Shown piece by piece: positions 9,632-20,461 of a DNA stretch of 64,000 bases (positions are counted from its first letter, which is position 1; every line of letters starts with the position of its first letter). The notes under the pieces were generated by a model. That model was not told the DNA's origin. It saw only the letters and a program-made list of their open reading frames with translations, and ran no database searches. Made by a program: the position numbers and the translations under genes. The stretch is from Hyphomicrobiales bacterium (lineage in GTDB: Bacteria > Pseudomonadota > Alphaproteobacteria > Rhizobiales > JAJFHC01). The stretch is taken from contig CBDHYJ010000054.1 in NCBI GenBank assembly GCA_965275905.1, forward strand, positions 17,497-81,496. The letters run 5' to 3'.

Positions 9632-9879
9632 CGTGATAACCTCGCGTGTCGCCGCAGTGACAACAGACTGAACGTCCAGTCGCCGATGCGCTGATTTTAG
9701 ACCGGTGTGTCGCCGACGGTCCAATGTGGCAACCATGCACTCCGGGATAATCGCAACTGGCGGCAAGCAGGGGGCGATTTTCCCGTTGACCCGGGCGGCC
9801 AAGCCTTGGAGATTGGCGCCCAAGGACGGACAAAGCGGCGCGCATCCCCGCAACAGCGCCCGACCGGAACCAAGGGAGC

Positions 9880-11327
9880 ATGAACATGCTGGAAAAACGC
9901 GACTTTTACATCAACGGTGAATGGGTGGCCCCGCAACAGGGCACGGATCTCGAGGTCATCGACCCGTCCAACGAGGAGCCCTGTGCGGTTATTTCACTCG
10001 GCGGCCAGGCCGATACGGACAAGGCGGTGGCGGCGGCCAACGCGGCGTTCGACTCGTGGTCGATGACGGCGCCTGAGGAGAGATATGCCGTCGTCGAGCG
10101 GATTTTCGAGGTGTACAACGCCCGTTCCGACGACATGGCGAAAGCGATCAGCCTGGAAATGGGCGCGCCGATCGATCTCGCGAAGACCCAGCAGGCCGCC
10201 GCCGGAGCCGGGCACATCAAGAATTTCATGCGCGCGGCAAAGAATTTCCAGTTCGAGCGCATGCTGGGCGAGCATGCGCCCAACGACAGGATCCTGCATG
10301 AGCCGGTCGGCGTCTGCGGACTGATCACGCCGTGGAACTGGCCCATGAACCAGGTCACGTTGAAGGTCATTCCGGCCATGCTCACCGGCTGCACCATGGT
10401 GCTGAAGCCGTCCGAGATCGCGCCGCTGTCCTCGCACCTGTTTGCGGAGATCGTGCATGAGGCGGGCGCGCCTGCCGGTGTCTTCAACATGATCAACGGC
10501 GACGGCGCCGGCGTGGGCACGCAGCTTTCCGGCCATCCCGACGTCAACATGATCTCGTTCACGGGCTCGACCCGCGCCGGTATCGCGATTTCCAAGAACG
10601 CGGCCGATACGCTCAAGCGCGTCCACCTGGAGCTCGGCGGGAAAGGCGCCAACATCATTTTCTCAGACGCCGACGAGAAGGCGATCAAGCGCGGCACGCT
10701 GCACTGCTTCAATAACACCGGCCAGTCCTGCAACGCGCCGACGCGCATGCTGGTGCAGCGCGGCCTCTATGACGAGGCGGTCGAAACGGCAGGCGCCGTC
10801 GCCAGCGCGACCCAGGTCGGACCGGCCGACGAGGAGGGCCGTCACATCGGTCCGGTGGTCAGCGCCACGCAGTTCGACAAGATCCAGGACCTGATCGGCA
10901 AGGGCATCGACGAGGGTGCGACGGCTGGTCGCCGGCGGGCCGGGGCGCCCGGAAGGCGTCAACCGCGGCTATTTCGTGCAAACCGACCGTGTTCGCCGAC
11001 GTCACCAACGACATGACCATCGCGCGCGAGGAAATCTTCGGCCCGGTGCTCTCGATTATCCCGTTCGACAACGAGGAAGAGGCCATCAGGATCGCCAACG
11101 ACACGCCTTACGGACTGACCAACTACGTCCAGACCCAGGACGGCGACAAGCGCAACCGCGTCGCCCGCCGCCTGCGGTCCGGCATGGTCGAGATGAACGG
11201 CCAGCCGCGCGGTGCGGGCAGCCCGTTCGGCGGCTACAAGCAGTCCGGCAACGGCCGCGAAGGCGGTGTCTGGGGCCTTGAGGACTTCCTTGAGGTCAAG
11301 GCCGTAAGCGGCTGGGCGGACTCGTAA
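9880..11327 (+). pseudogene. aldehyde dehydrogenase family gene interrupted by two +1 frameshifts
   Basis: The ALDH sequence runs in frame 1 to ...GKGIDEGAT (~10921). It continues in frame 2 as [19 protein letters not shown], then in frame 0 from ~10981 as [22 protein letters not shown]...[12 protein letters not shown]. The extra bases appear as acgGctg and caaAccg. Confidence 0.8.
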
Positions 11328-11369
11328 AATCCGGGTCTGCACCAGTTCTCTCCAGGGGGAGATACAGGG

Positions 11370-12075
11370 ATGTCAACGGTGCCTGATCGGATTGGGGCCG
11401 CGGCTGATCTGCTCAAGGCCGCGCGTCTGGAAAACCGGCTCGTCGACGGCATTCCCGAAGAGATCAGGCCTCGCGATCTTCGCGAGGCCTACGCCGTTCA
11501 GGACCGTCTCGTCGAGATGCTCGGATGGGATGTCGGCGGCTGGTTCTGCGCCTGCACGAACACGGCAATCCAGGAACTCCTGAGCCTGGACGAGCCGTAT
11601 TACGCCCGGCTCTTCAGCGACTACATCTTTGCAGAGCCGGCCGTCCTGAATGCGGCCGACTATCCGCCGATCGTGCTGGAATGCGAATTCGGCTTTCGCC
11701 TCGGTCGAGACCTTCCGAGCCGGCCCGAGGCCTACAGCAGGCTGGAGGTCGAAGACGCGATTTCCCATGTCCACCCGACCATCGATCGTGGCCGGCCATC
11801 TCAAGGACTGGCCGAGCCAGGATGTCTGGTCGGTCATTGCCGACAACGGCACCGACGGCGCGCTGGTCTACGGCGATGGGATCGAGGACTGGAGGCGCCT
11901 GGACCTCGTCGCAACGGCTGTCACGCTCGACATCAACGGCGAAACGGTGCGAACGGGCAGTGGCGCGAACGTGCTTGGGGATCCGCTCGAAGCCTTTGTC
12001 TGGCTGGCCAATGCCCGGTCCCGCGACGGTGACGGCCTCAAGGCCGGTGACATCCACAATACCGGGACGGCGACC
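11370..12075 (+). pseudogene. 2-keto-4-pentenoate hydratase-family gene, frameshifted and 3'-truncated (fused to next gene)
   Basis: The hydratase-like sequence runs in the frame of ORF 11370 to ...ISHVHPTI. It continues in the frame of ORF 11650 as IVAGHLKDWPSQDVW...LKAGDIHNTGTAT, with the shift near 11780-11790. The expected last ~25-30 aa are absent. The end coordinate is approximate. Confidence 0.7.
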
Positions 12076-13191
12076 AGCTATGGCAATGCGGGCGTCATTA
12101 CGTCCGGGTCCTGCGTGCCGCAGTCGCTGCCGGGGCTCTGGAAGAGCATTCCCGGTATGCTGTTCGATCCGGACGGCCCCGCGTCGATCCGGCCCGGCTA
12201 TTTCCCGAAGTTCCTGCCATGGGCGATTAGGTTCCTCAAGGCCGGTCGCGCCGACCGCGTCGCGGGCATCGCAAGAGCTATTTCGGCGCTTAATCGCCCT
12301 AGCACCGACATCTATCGCCGTCACCTGTCGGGCACGAGTGGTGAGAACCTGCTCAGGGAGTCCATTTACATTCACGCCTATCGTAACGGCGCGGATGCCG
12401 GCCTCGACGGCATCGGGTGGCGGCTGCGGGCAGAGAACGGAGCTGAGCTGGAGCGCATCGGCGGAGACGAACTGCGCCGCCTCGAACCATGCCTTTCGCG
12501 CGATTATGACGCGGCGATCCTGATCAGGGATCAGGGACGGTCGGTCGCGCCGGGCAGGCTGGGAACGGTGCTTGCAGCGAAGGTGCGTCAATCCGGTGGC
12601 GAGATCGTCGAGGCGGGCGTGCAGCGGATCAGGCCGGAGCAGGAGGATTGGGCGGTTGATACGGATCGCGGCACATTCCGGTCGTCGCAGGTTGTCGTGT
12701 CGGCTGGAGTCTGGTCCCGGCCGCTGCTCGAGCCGCTCGGCTACCGCGTGCCGCTTGAAGCGGAACGGGGCTATCACATGATGTTCCGCAACCCCGGCGT
12801 CGAACTCGGCAATTCGATCTTTGATGCCGATTTCAAGTTCGTCACCAGTTCCATGGACCGCGGCATCCGCAGTGCCGGAACGGCCGAGTTCGCCGGCCTC
12901 GATGCGCCGCCCAATTTCCGGCGCGCGCGCATTTTCGCGAGCCTCACGAAACGCATGATGCCGGACCTGAACACCGAGGATACGGAGGAATGGATGGGCA
13001 TCCGGCCGTCGTTCCCCGACAGCTTGCCCTGCATCGAGGAGGTGCCGGGTCATCCGGGCCTTTTCGCGGCTTTCGGGCACAGCCATTTCGGTCTTACCAT
13101 GGCGCCGATGACCGGGCGGATCATCGCCGATCTTGCCACCGGCACATCGCCCAATCTCGATCTTGCGCCCTACAGCAGCGCCCGGTTCTAG
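12076..13191 (+). pseudogene. D-amino-acid dehydrogenase-like FAD oxidoreductase lacking its N-terminal FAD-binding fold
   Basis: From SYGNAGVITSGSCVPQSLPGLWKSIPGMLFDPDGP to ...GHSHFGLTMAPMTGRIIADL it is colinear with DadA-type enzymes from about residue 45 onward. No GxGxxG segment exists in any frame upstream. It is joined in frame to the hydratase remnant. The start coordinate is approximate. Confidence 0.7.
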
Positions 13192-13200
13192 CGAAATTCT

Positions 13201-14124
13201 CTATGCCTCGGTCCCGGCGCGAAAGACACCGGAGGCCTGCACGGCGACCGCGCCGAGCACGATCACGCCGCCGATCAGCGTGAGCAGGGCAGGGGTCTCG
13301 CCGAATGCGATCCAGACCCAGATCGGTGCCGCGACGACTTCCAGCAGCATCAGCAGCGTGATCTCGGCGGCCGGCACGTAACGCGCGGCAATCGTGATCA
13401 GGATGTACTGCAGGCCGATCTGGACCGTTCCGAGCGCGATCGCGACCGTCAGATCGTTGCCGGAGAGCGAAAAATCATCCACAAGAAAGGCGCAGACGGC
13501 GGCTGCGAAGACACCGGCAAGGCAGGTGGCGGGCATCATGTCGATGTCCTTGCCGGCCCGGTAGGCGACGACGCTCGCGGCGTAGCCGGATGCCGCGATC
13601 AGCGCCACCGCGCTGCCCAGCGCCGTTCCCGCGATCAGACCGTCGGCCATCATGATGGCAACGCCGCCGAGGCCCGCCGCCATGCAGATCCAGGAGAGCG
13701 TGCTGACCTTCTCGCCCAGGAAGACGCGTGCGAGCAGGGCGGTGATGAACGGCGAGGCACTGAGGATAAAGACGGCGTTGGCGACGGTCGTCAGCAGCAC
13801 CGAGAAGATATAGGCGATGAAGGCGCTGCCGAGGCACACGGCGACGACGGCGCCGCGCAATCTGACCTTGGAGAAGCGGTTCAGGGCGTCACGGCCGTTG
13901 CGTGCGAGCATGAAAAGGAAAACGAGCAGCGCGAACGAGATTGAGCGGTAGAACAGGATCTGCCAGCCGTCCGCACTCTCGACCAGCCGGACAAGGATGC
14001 CGACGGAGCTTCCGCACAGCGCGCCGATCAGAACGCCGATCACGCCCGCGACATAGCCCGGCCGCAAGAAGCCGCCCGGTCCTGATCTGCCGATGGATTG
14101 CTGGGTCACGGTCGGGGCCTGCAC
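13201..14124 (-). CDS. EamA/DMT-family transporter
   Basis: About 10 TM helices with two EamA-like halves. The start (GTG at 14124) is uncertain. Confidence 0.8.
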   Translation of the reverse strand: MQAPTVTQQSIGRSGPGGFLRPGYVAGVIGVLIGALCGSSVGILVRLVESADGWQILFYRSISFALLVFLFMLARNGRDALNRFSKVRLRGAVVAVCLGSAFIAYIFSVLLTTVANAVFILSASPFITALLARVFLGEKVSTLSWICMAAGLGGVAIMMADGLIAGTALGSAVALIAASGYAASVVAYRAGKDIDMMPATCLAGVFAAAVCAFLVDDFSLSGNDLTVAIALGTVQIGLQYILITIAARYVPAAEITLLMLLEVVAAPIWVWIAFGETPALLTLIGGVIVLGAVAVQASGVFRAGTEA

Positions 14125-14206
14125 ACGTTGTTTTCGCTTTCATTCTTGTACGGAAATACCACTGACAGGGTCATGTCAGCAGTCGCTCACTCAGGCAATT
14201 GTGTCA

Positions 14207-15214
14207 TCACAGCCTGACCAGTTGTTTGCCGAAATTGCCGCCAGCCAGCACGGAGATCAGGGCGGCCGGTGCGTTCTCCAGTCCGTCGACGATGCTCTCC
14301 CGGTAGACCAGCTTGCCTTCGCGCAGCCATTCCGCCCCGACACGCCGCCATTCACGGCTGTGCTCCGAGCGGTCGTCCTGTATGAACCCCTCGATCCTCA
14401 AGCTCTTCTCCAGAACCGGCTTCAGCGGCGGCCCGGCCACGTCGTCCGCAGTCTGATACTGCGCAATCAGCCCGCAAATGATCATCCGGCCCCGTTCGTT
14501 GAGTTGGCGGAATGCGGCATCCGAAACCGGCCCTCCGACATTCTCGAAATTGACATCGATGCCGTCCGGGCAATGCCGGTGCAACACGCCGTCGAGATCC
14601 GTTTCGGTCCGATAGTTGAAAGCGCCGTCGAAACCGAGCTCGTCGATGAGATAGGCGACCTTGTCGTCGCTGCCGGCGGAGCCGACGGCCCGGCATCCGA
14701 GGTTTTTCGCGATTTGCCCCACCGCGGAGCCGACCGCTCCCGAAGCAGCCGACACGAACACCGTTTCCCCTGGCTTCGGATCGGCAAGGCCCTTGAGGCC
14801 TGTCCACGCGGTCTGGCCCGGCATGCCGAGGATACCGAGATAGGCGGTTTCAGGGATGCCGTCCGTATCGATCTTCTCAAGGCTCGCCAGTTCGTCCGAT
14901 CCGGACCGCGCCACCACCCGGTCTTGCCACGGCAGGAACCCCATGACCATGTCACCCGCGGCGAAATCCGGATTATTGGATGTGTTCACTTCGGCCACTG
15001 CGTGATTGGCGACCGGTGCCCCGACAGCGAAGGGCGTCGTGTACCCCACGTCGTTGTCCATACGGTTTCGCAGGTATGGGTCGACGGAGAGATAGCGCAG
15101 CGAAAGCAGAACGTCGCCGTCGCCGGGGGGCTCGTCCGGCACGTCCCGGAATTCGAAATGCTCGGGCGTCAGGGTGCCGCCGGGACGGCTCTTGAGGCAA
15201 ATGCTTCGGGGCAT
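14207..15214 (-). CDS. NADP-dependent oxidoreductase (medium-chain reductase, YncB/CurA-like)
   Basis: Contains LLSLRYLSVDPYLRNRM and the AASGAVGSAVGQIAK nucleotide-binding motif. Length is 335 aa. Confidence 0.85.
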   Translation of the reverse strand: MPRSICLKSRPGGTLTPEHFEFRDVPDEPPGDGDVLLSLRYLSVDPYLRNRMDNDVGYTTPFAVGAPVANHAVAEVNTSNNPDFAAGDMVMGFLPWQDRVVARSGSDELASLEKIDTDGIPETAYLGILGMPGQTAWTGLKGLADPKPGETVFVSAASGAVGSAVGQIAKNLGCRAVGSAGSDDKVAYLIDELGFDGAFNYRTETDLDGVLHRHCPDGIDVNFENVGGPVSDAAFRQLNERGRMIICGLIAQYQTADDVAGPPLKPVLEKSLRIEGFIQDDRSEHSREWRRVGAEWLREGKLVYRESIVDGLENAPAALISVLAGGNFGKQLVRL

Positions 15215-15220
15215 AGCGGT

Positions 15221-16243
15221 TCAGCCGTCCGTCAATTCGCCGCACAGGTTTTGTTGCAGAGAGCGCTCCAGGTCCACACGATCCAGTCCCAGCGCAAAGA
15301 GGGCATGCATCTTGGTGAATGCGGCCTCGGTCGTCATGTCGAAGCCGCTGAGCACGCCGGCATCGGCGAGCGCCGAGCCGGCGGCATATTTGCGCAGCGA
15401 GACCGTGCCTTCCTGACACTGGGACACGGCCACGATGACGACGCCGGAGGCGGTGGCCCGTTTCAGCGCGTCCAGAAAGCGCGCGTGTGCGGTGGGTGCG
15501 GTCCCGGAACCGTAGCAGCGCAGCACGATCCCGCAGGCGCCCGCCCCGACGATACCGTCGATCATGGCGTCCTGGATGCCCGGAAACAGGCGCAGGACCC
15601 CGATCTCGCAGTCATGGTAGGCCGGCGGCCGCTCCGCCAGAATGCCGCCCTTCGGCCGCGCACCGTTGTGCCCGGCAAACCGGATCTCGGTGCCGATCTC
15701 GGCAAGCGCCGGGAAGTTCGGCGAGTCGAAGGCGTCGAGTTCCGTGGCCGTCACCTTGGTCGTGCGGTTGCCTCTGAGAATATAAGGCCCGAAGCACACG
15801 GCGACCTCGCCGATGCGGTCGGAGCCGATGGCCTGAAGGGCGCTCAGGAGATTGTGCTGGGCGTCGCTGCGCACCTCGCAGAGCGGGATCTGTGAGCCGG
15901 TCAGGATCACCGGCTTGTCGAGGTCGGCGAGCAGGAAGGAGAGGGCGGATGCCGTGTACGCCATCGTGTCGGTGCCGTGGATGACGACGAAGCCGTCGTA
16001 CCGGTCGGCTGTCTCCCGGATCCGGTCGGCGAGATCGTACCAGTCCCGCGGGGTCGCGTTGGCGCTGTCCAGCGGCGTCGCGTATTGCACAAGATCGAAT
16101 TCGGGCAGGGAGTCGTCGCCAAGCTCCGGCATGCGCTCGTGGACCAGGGCGTCAAGGTCAGGCGCCGGCGCATAGCCGTCGGCGGTCTGGCGCATGCCCA
16201 GCGTGCCGCCGGTATAGATGATGGAAACGCGCTTGCGGGACAT
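15221..16243 (-). CDS. ansA: L-asparaginase, type I
   Basis: Contains IIYTGGTLGM (catalytic Thr motif) and HGTDTMAYTASALS. Length is 340 aa. Confidence 0.85.
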   Translation of the reverse strand: MSRKRVSIIYTGGTLGMRQTADGYAPAPDLDALVHERMPELGDDSLPEFDLVQYATPLDSANATPRDWYDLADRIRETADRYDGFVVIHGTDTMAYTASALSFLLADLDKPVILTGSQIPLCEVRSDAQHNLLSALQAIGSDRIGEVAVCFGPYILRGNRTTKVTATELDAFDSPNFPALAEIGTEIRFAGHNGARPKGGILAERPPAYHDCEIGVLRLFPGIQDAMIDGIVGAGACGIVLRCYGSGTAPTAHARFLDALKRATASGVVIVAVSQCQEGTVSLRKYAAGSALADAGVLSGFDMTTEAAFTKMHALFALGLDRVDLERSLQQNLCGELTDG

Positions 16244-16322
16244 GGCCGTTACCCCTGGTCGGAAGCCGTGACTGGTGGCGAGGCGTCACCTTGCATCAAT
16301 ATTTCCCGTGCTGGAAGACCGG

Positions 16323-16787
16323 TCAGAACTGCAGGGGCGCGTTGTCGGTCACTTCCTTCATGACGAAGAAGGTCCGGGTCTGGCGCACACCGGGCAGGGC
16401 GATCAGTTCCTCGCCGTGCAGCTTGTTGAAGTCCGCGATATCGCGCACCCGGATTTTCAGGAAATAGTCGAAGTCTCCGGCGACCAGGTGGCAGTCGAGG
16501 ATGAAGTCGAGCTTCGAGGCTGCGGCTTCGAAGGCGCGGAAGCTTTCGGGCGTGGACCGGTCGAGCACCACGCCGACCACCACAAGCGCGCCGCGGTCCA
16601 CCTTCTGTGGCGCGATATGCGCGCGGACCGACGCGATGTATCCCTCATCGAACAGGCGCTGAGTCCGGCGGTGACAGGTCGCCGGGCTGACATTCACCAG
16701 GTCCGCCAGTTCCGCGTTTGTCAGCCGTCCGTTGGCCTGCAGGCGCTTCAGGATATTGCGGTCGATCCGGTCCAGATCATTGGTCAT
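16323..16787 (-). CDS. acdR: Lrp/AsnC-family transcriptional regulator (AcdR-type, divergent from acdS)
   Basis: Product starts MTNDLDRIDRNILKRLQANGRLTNAELADLVNVSPATCHRRTQRL (HTH_AsnC) and carries a C-terminal RAM domain. The internal ATG at 16787 gives 154 aa. Confidence 0.85.
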   Translation of the reverse strand: MTNDLDRIDRNILKRLQANGRLTNAELADLVNVSPATCHRRTQRLFDEGYIASVRAHIAPQKVDRGALVVVGVVLDRSTPESFRAFEAAASKLDFILDCHLVAGDFDYFLKIRVRDIADFNKLHGEELIALPGVRQTRTFFVMKEVTDNAPLQF

Positions 16788-16948
16788 GAAAGAATCTTCC
16801 AATTTGTGGTTATGAATTCGAAGATGAAGGCAGTCAGGTCGAGAATTCACATTATCAGAGTCAATTATTCGCGTCAGTTCGAGAGCACCTTTCAGGACCG
16901 TTTTGCTAGCCTGACGGCAATTCCGGCTGATCAGGAAAGGCAACGGAC

Positions 16949-17965
16949 ATGAACCTCGACAAGTTTGAGCGCTATCCGCTCACCTTCGGACCCACGCATA
17001 TCGAGTTTCTGCCGCGCATGACCGAAGCGCTCGGCGGCAAGGTCGAGATCTACGCCAAGCGCGACGACTGCAACTCGGGTCTGGCCATGGGCGGCAACAA
17101 GCTGCGCAAGCTGGAGTACATCGTGCCCGATGCGCTGGCGTCGAACGCGGACACGCTGGTTTCGATCGGCGGTGTGCAGTCGAACCATACCCGCATGGTT
17201 GCGGCGACGGCGGCCAAGATCGGCATGAAGTGCGTCGTCGTCCAGGAAAGCTGGGTGCCCCATGACGACGCGGTCTACGACCGGGTCGGCAACATCCTGC
17301 TCACCCGCCTCATGGGCGCCGACAGCCGCATCGTCGAGGACGGCTTCGACATCGGCATCCGTCAGAGCTGGGAGGACGCCATGCAGTCCGTGCGCGACGC
17401 GGGCGGCAAGCCCTACGGCATTCCGGCGGGCGCATCGGTCCACAAGTACGGCGGGCTGGGTTATGTCGGTTTCGCCGAGGAGGTGCGCGCCCAGGAGGCC
17501 GAACTCGGCTTCAGTTTCGATTACATCATCGTCTGCGTCGTGACCGGATCGACGCAGGCCGGCATGATCGTCGGCTTCGCTGCGGATGACCGCGCCGGCC
17601 GGGTCATCGGTATCGACGCATCGGGCACGCTCGAGCAGACCCGGGCACAGGTCCGCGAGATCGTCGACAACACGGCGGAGCTTGTGGAACTGGGCCGTAC
17701 CGTGCGCGACGAAGAGATCGTCATCAACCCGGACTATGCCTATCCGGCCTACGGCGTCCCGAGCAACGAGACCAACGAGGCGATCCGGTTCGCCGCCCGG
17801 ACCGAGGCCATGATCACCGACCCTGTCTACGAGGGCAAATCCATGCAGGGCATGATCGATCTGGTGAACAAGGGCTTCTTCCCGGTGGGTTCGAAAGTGC
17901 TATATGCCCATCTTGGCGGAGCCCCGGCACTGAACGGATACAGCTACACCTACCGCAACGGCTGA
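16949..17965 (+). CDS. acdS: 1-aminocyclopropane-1-carboxylate deaminase
   Basis: 338 aa containing [10 protein letters not shown] (PLP Lys), GGVQSNHTR, and the diagnostic DPVYEGKS (Tyr-Glu) and [10 protein letters not shown] (Leu) positions that separate true AcdS from D-cysteine desulfhydrase. Confidence 0.9.
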   Translation: MNLDKFERYPLTFGPTHIEFLPRMTEALGGKVEIYAKRDDCNSGLAMGGNKLRKLEYIVPDALASNADTLVSIGGVQSNHTRMVAATAAKIGMKCVVVQESWVPHDDAVYDRVGNILLTRLMGADSRIVEDGFDIGIRQSWEDAMQSVRDAGGKPYGIPAGASVHKYGGLGYVGFAEEVRAQEAELGFSFDYIIVCVVTGSTQAGMIVGFAADDRAGRVIGIDASGTLEQTRAQVREIVDNTAELVELGRTVRDEEIVINPDYAYPAYGVPSNETNEAIRFAARTEAMITDPVYEGKSMQGMIDLVNKGFFPVGSKVLYAHLGGAPALNGYSYTYRNG

Positions 17966-18039
17966 AGGCGACGCGCTCAAAGGTCTTGGCTCCGCGCACC
18001 GTGGGGCTTATTCAGGAGCGGTCTACCGCGGAGTGGTCC

Positions 18040-20430
18040 ATGTCGAGCGAGCTTCAACATCTCAAGACCATCGAGCAGCGGCTGCTGTGGCTGTCGCACT
18101 GGATGATCCACAACGCCAACAACCTGCGCGACAAGGAAGACGGGCTGAAGGTGGGCGGACACCAGGCCTCGTCGGCGTCCATGGTGTCGATCATGACAGC
18201 GCTCTACTTCTCCGTGCTGCGCCCTGAAGACCGCGTCGCCGTGAAGCCTCATGCCTCGCCTGTGTTCCATGCTATCCAGTATCTCATGGGCAATCAGGAC
18301 CTGGACCGCATGAAGAACTTCCGCGGTTACGGGGGCGTTCAGTCCTATCCGTCCCGCACCAAGGACGTCGACGACGTCGACTTCTCGACCGGCTCGGTCG
18401 GCCTCGGCGTCGCCATCACCGCCTTCGCGTCCATCGTCCAGGACTACATCAAGGCCAAGGACTGGGGCAGCGATCTCGACCTCGGCCGCATGATCGCGCT
18501 CGTCGGCGATGCCGAGCTTGACGAGGGCAATATCTACGAATGCCTGCAGGAAGGCTGGAAGCACGACCTGCGCAACTGCTGGTGGATCATCGACTACAAC
18601 CGCCAGTCCCTCGACGGCGTCGTCCGCGAGGGCCTGTGGCAGCGCATCGAGGCCTCGTTCCGGGCCTTCGGCTGGGACGTCGTGCTGATGAAATACGGCG
18701 TCCTCCAGCGCGCGGCCTTCGAGGAGCCGGGCGGGGAAAAACTGAGGGCCTGGATCGACGCCTGCCCGAACCAGCTCTATTCCGCGCTGACCTATCAGGG
18801 CGGTGCCGTCTGGCGCAGACGCCTGATGGACGATCTGGGCGACCAGGGCGACGTGACCGCGCTGCTGGACCGGCGCTCCGACGATGAACTGGCGGCCCTG
18901 ATGGAAAACCTCGGCGGCAACTGCGTCGAGACCCTGGTCGAGGCTTTCGAGGCGATCGATCATGACCGGCCGGTCTGTTTCCTGGCCTACACGATCAAGG
19001 GATGGGGCACGCCGCTCGCCGGCCACAAGGACAACCATGCGGGTCTGATGAACCGGCAGCAGATGGACGAGTGGCAGCAGCACATGGGTGTGCCTGTGGG
19101 TCAGGAGTGGGAGCCGTTCGCCACGGTCGGGGACGAGGCCGGCTTGCGCGCCTTTCTTGGCGACGTGCCGTTCTTCGCGAAGGGCACGCGCCGCTTCACC
19201 GACCGCGCCATGCCGTCGCCGCATGTCGATCTGCCGGCGGACCGGGAGGTCTCGACCCAGATGGGTTTCGGCAGGATTCTCGACGCCATTTCGCGCGAGG
19301 ACAGCGACCTGGCAGCGCGCATCGTCACCACATCGCCCGACGTCACCGTCTCGACCAATCTCGGGCCCTGGGTCAACCGCCGCGGCCTGTTCGCCAGGAA
19401 TGAGCTTGAAGACACGTTCCAGAGCGAGCGCATCCCGTCGACCCAGAAATGGACCTTCCGCCCGGACGGTCAGCACATCGAGCTCGGCATTGCGGAGATG
19501 AACCTGTTCCTGCTGCTGGGCGCAGCGGGCCTGTCGCATTCCCTGTTCGGCAAGCGGTTGCTGCCGGTCGGCACGGTCTACGATCCGTTCGTCGCCCGCG
19601 GCCTCGATGCCCTCAACTACGCCTGCTACCAGGACGCGCGCTTCATGATCGTCGGCACGCCGTCGGGCGTGACACTGGCGCCGGAAGGCGGCGCGCACCA
19701 GTCCATCGGTGCGCCGCTCATCGGTATGAGCCAGGACGGTCTGGCGTCGTTCGAGCCGGCCTATCTCGACGAGCTTGCCGTCATCATGCAATGGGCCTTC
19801 GACTACATGCAGCGCGACGGCGAGGGCGATCCGGACGAGCGCACCTGGCTGCGCGACGAGACCGGCGGTTCGGTCTACCTGAGGCTCTCGACCAGACCGC
19901 TGGAGCAGCCGGCCAAGCGTCTCGACGATAGTTTCCGGCAGGGCACGATCGACGGCGCCTACTGGTGGCGCGAGCCGGGTCCGAACTGCGACCTCGTGAT
20001 AGCCTATCAGGGCGCCGTCGCGCCCGAGGCCATTGGCGCCGCCGGCATTCTCGCCGAGCACCGGCGCGATATCGGCGTGCTGGCCGTGACCTCCGCCGAC
20101 CGCCTGAACGCGGGGTGGACGGCGGCCCAGCGTGACCGCGCACGCGGCAACCGCAAGGCGGCAAGCCACGTCGAGCGGCTGTTCTCACGCCTGCCGCGCC
20201 ACTGCGTGGTGCTCACCGTGGTCGACGGCCATCCCGCCACGCTGTCATGGCTTGGCGCAGTCGCCGGCCACAAGACGGTACCGCTCGGCGTCGAGCACTT
20301 CGGCCAGACCGGCACGATCCAGGATCTCTACCGCCATCACGGCATCGACCGGGACGGCATTGTCGATCAGGCGCAGGGCGCGCTGCCGACGGTCAAGGAG
20401 ATGGCGCGCGCCGTCAGGGCGGCGGATTAG
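18040..20430 (+). CDS. homodimeric-type 2-oxoacid dehydrogenase E1 / transketolase-like ThDP enzyme
   Basis: About 796 aa. Contains VGGHQASSASMVSIMTALYF, the GDAELDEGNIYE ThDP-binding motif and IIDYNRQSLDG, resembling AceE-type E1. No E2 or E3 gene is present in the window. Confidence 0.8.
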   Translation: MSSELQHLKTIEQRLLWLSHWMIHNANNLRDKEDGLKVGGHQASSASMVSIMTALYFSVLRPEDRVAVKPHASPVFHAIQYLMGNQDLDRMKNFRGYGGVQSYPSRTKDVDDVDFSTGSVGLGVAITAFASIVQDYIKAKDWGSDLDLGRMIALVGDAELDEGNIYECLQEGWKHDLRNCWWIIDYNRQSLDGVVREGLWQRIEASFRAFGWDVVLMKYGVLQRAAFEEPGGEKLRAWIDACPNQLYSALTYQGGAVWRRRLMDDLGDQGDVTALLDRRSDDELAALMENLGGNCVETLVEAFEAIDHDRPVCFLAYTIKGWGTPLAGHKDNHAGLMNRQQMDEWQQHMGVPVGQEWEPFATVGDEAGLRAFLGDVPFFAKGTRRFTDRAMPSPHVDLPADREVSTQMGFGRILDAISREDSDLAARIVTTSPDVTVSTNLGPWVNRRGLFARNELEDTFQSERIPSTQKWTFRPDGQHIELGIAEMNLFLLLGAAGLSHSLFGKRLLPVGTVYDPFVARGLDALNYACYQDARFMIVGTPSGVTLAPEGGAHQSIGAPLIGMSQDGLASFEPAYLDELAVIMQWAFDYMQRDGEGDPDERTWLRDETGGSVYLRLSTRPLEQPAKRLDDSFRQGTIDGAYWWREPGPNCDLVIAYQGAVAPEAIGAAGILAEHRRDIGVLAVTSADRLNAGWTAAQRDRARGNRKAASHVERLFSRLPRHCVVLTVVDGHPATLSWLGAVAGHKTVPLGVEHFGQTGTIQDLYRHHGIDRDGIVDQAQGALPTVKEMARAVRAAD

Positions 20431-20461
20431 CGGTGCGCCGGCAGCAGTGGGCAGGACAGCG

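Noticed and set aside
9230-9694. 154-aa plus-strand ORF covering the small-ORF region
   Set aside because: It is Arg/Cys/Gly-rich, has no ribosome-binding site at its start, and overlaps both better-supported small ORFs in other frames.
10915-10990. Programmed ribosomal frameshifting in the aldehyde dehydrogenase gene
   Set aside because: Two separate +1 events 60 nt apart would be required, and neither site shows a slippery heptamer or a stimulatory stop codon context. Indels (real or assembly-derived) are the simpler explanation.
16800-16860. Inverted TGAATTC ... GAATTCA repeat in the acdR-acdS intergenic region as an AcdR/Lrp box
   Set aside because: It is plausible, but each half is simply an EcoRI-type palindrome in an AT-rich stretch. 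I cannot match it to the published LRP-box consensus from memory, so it is not reported as a feature.
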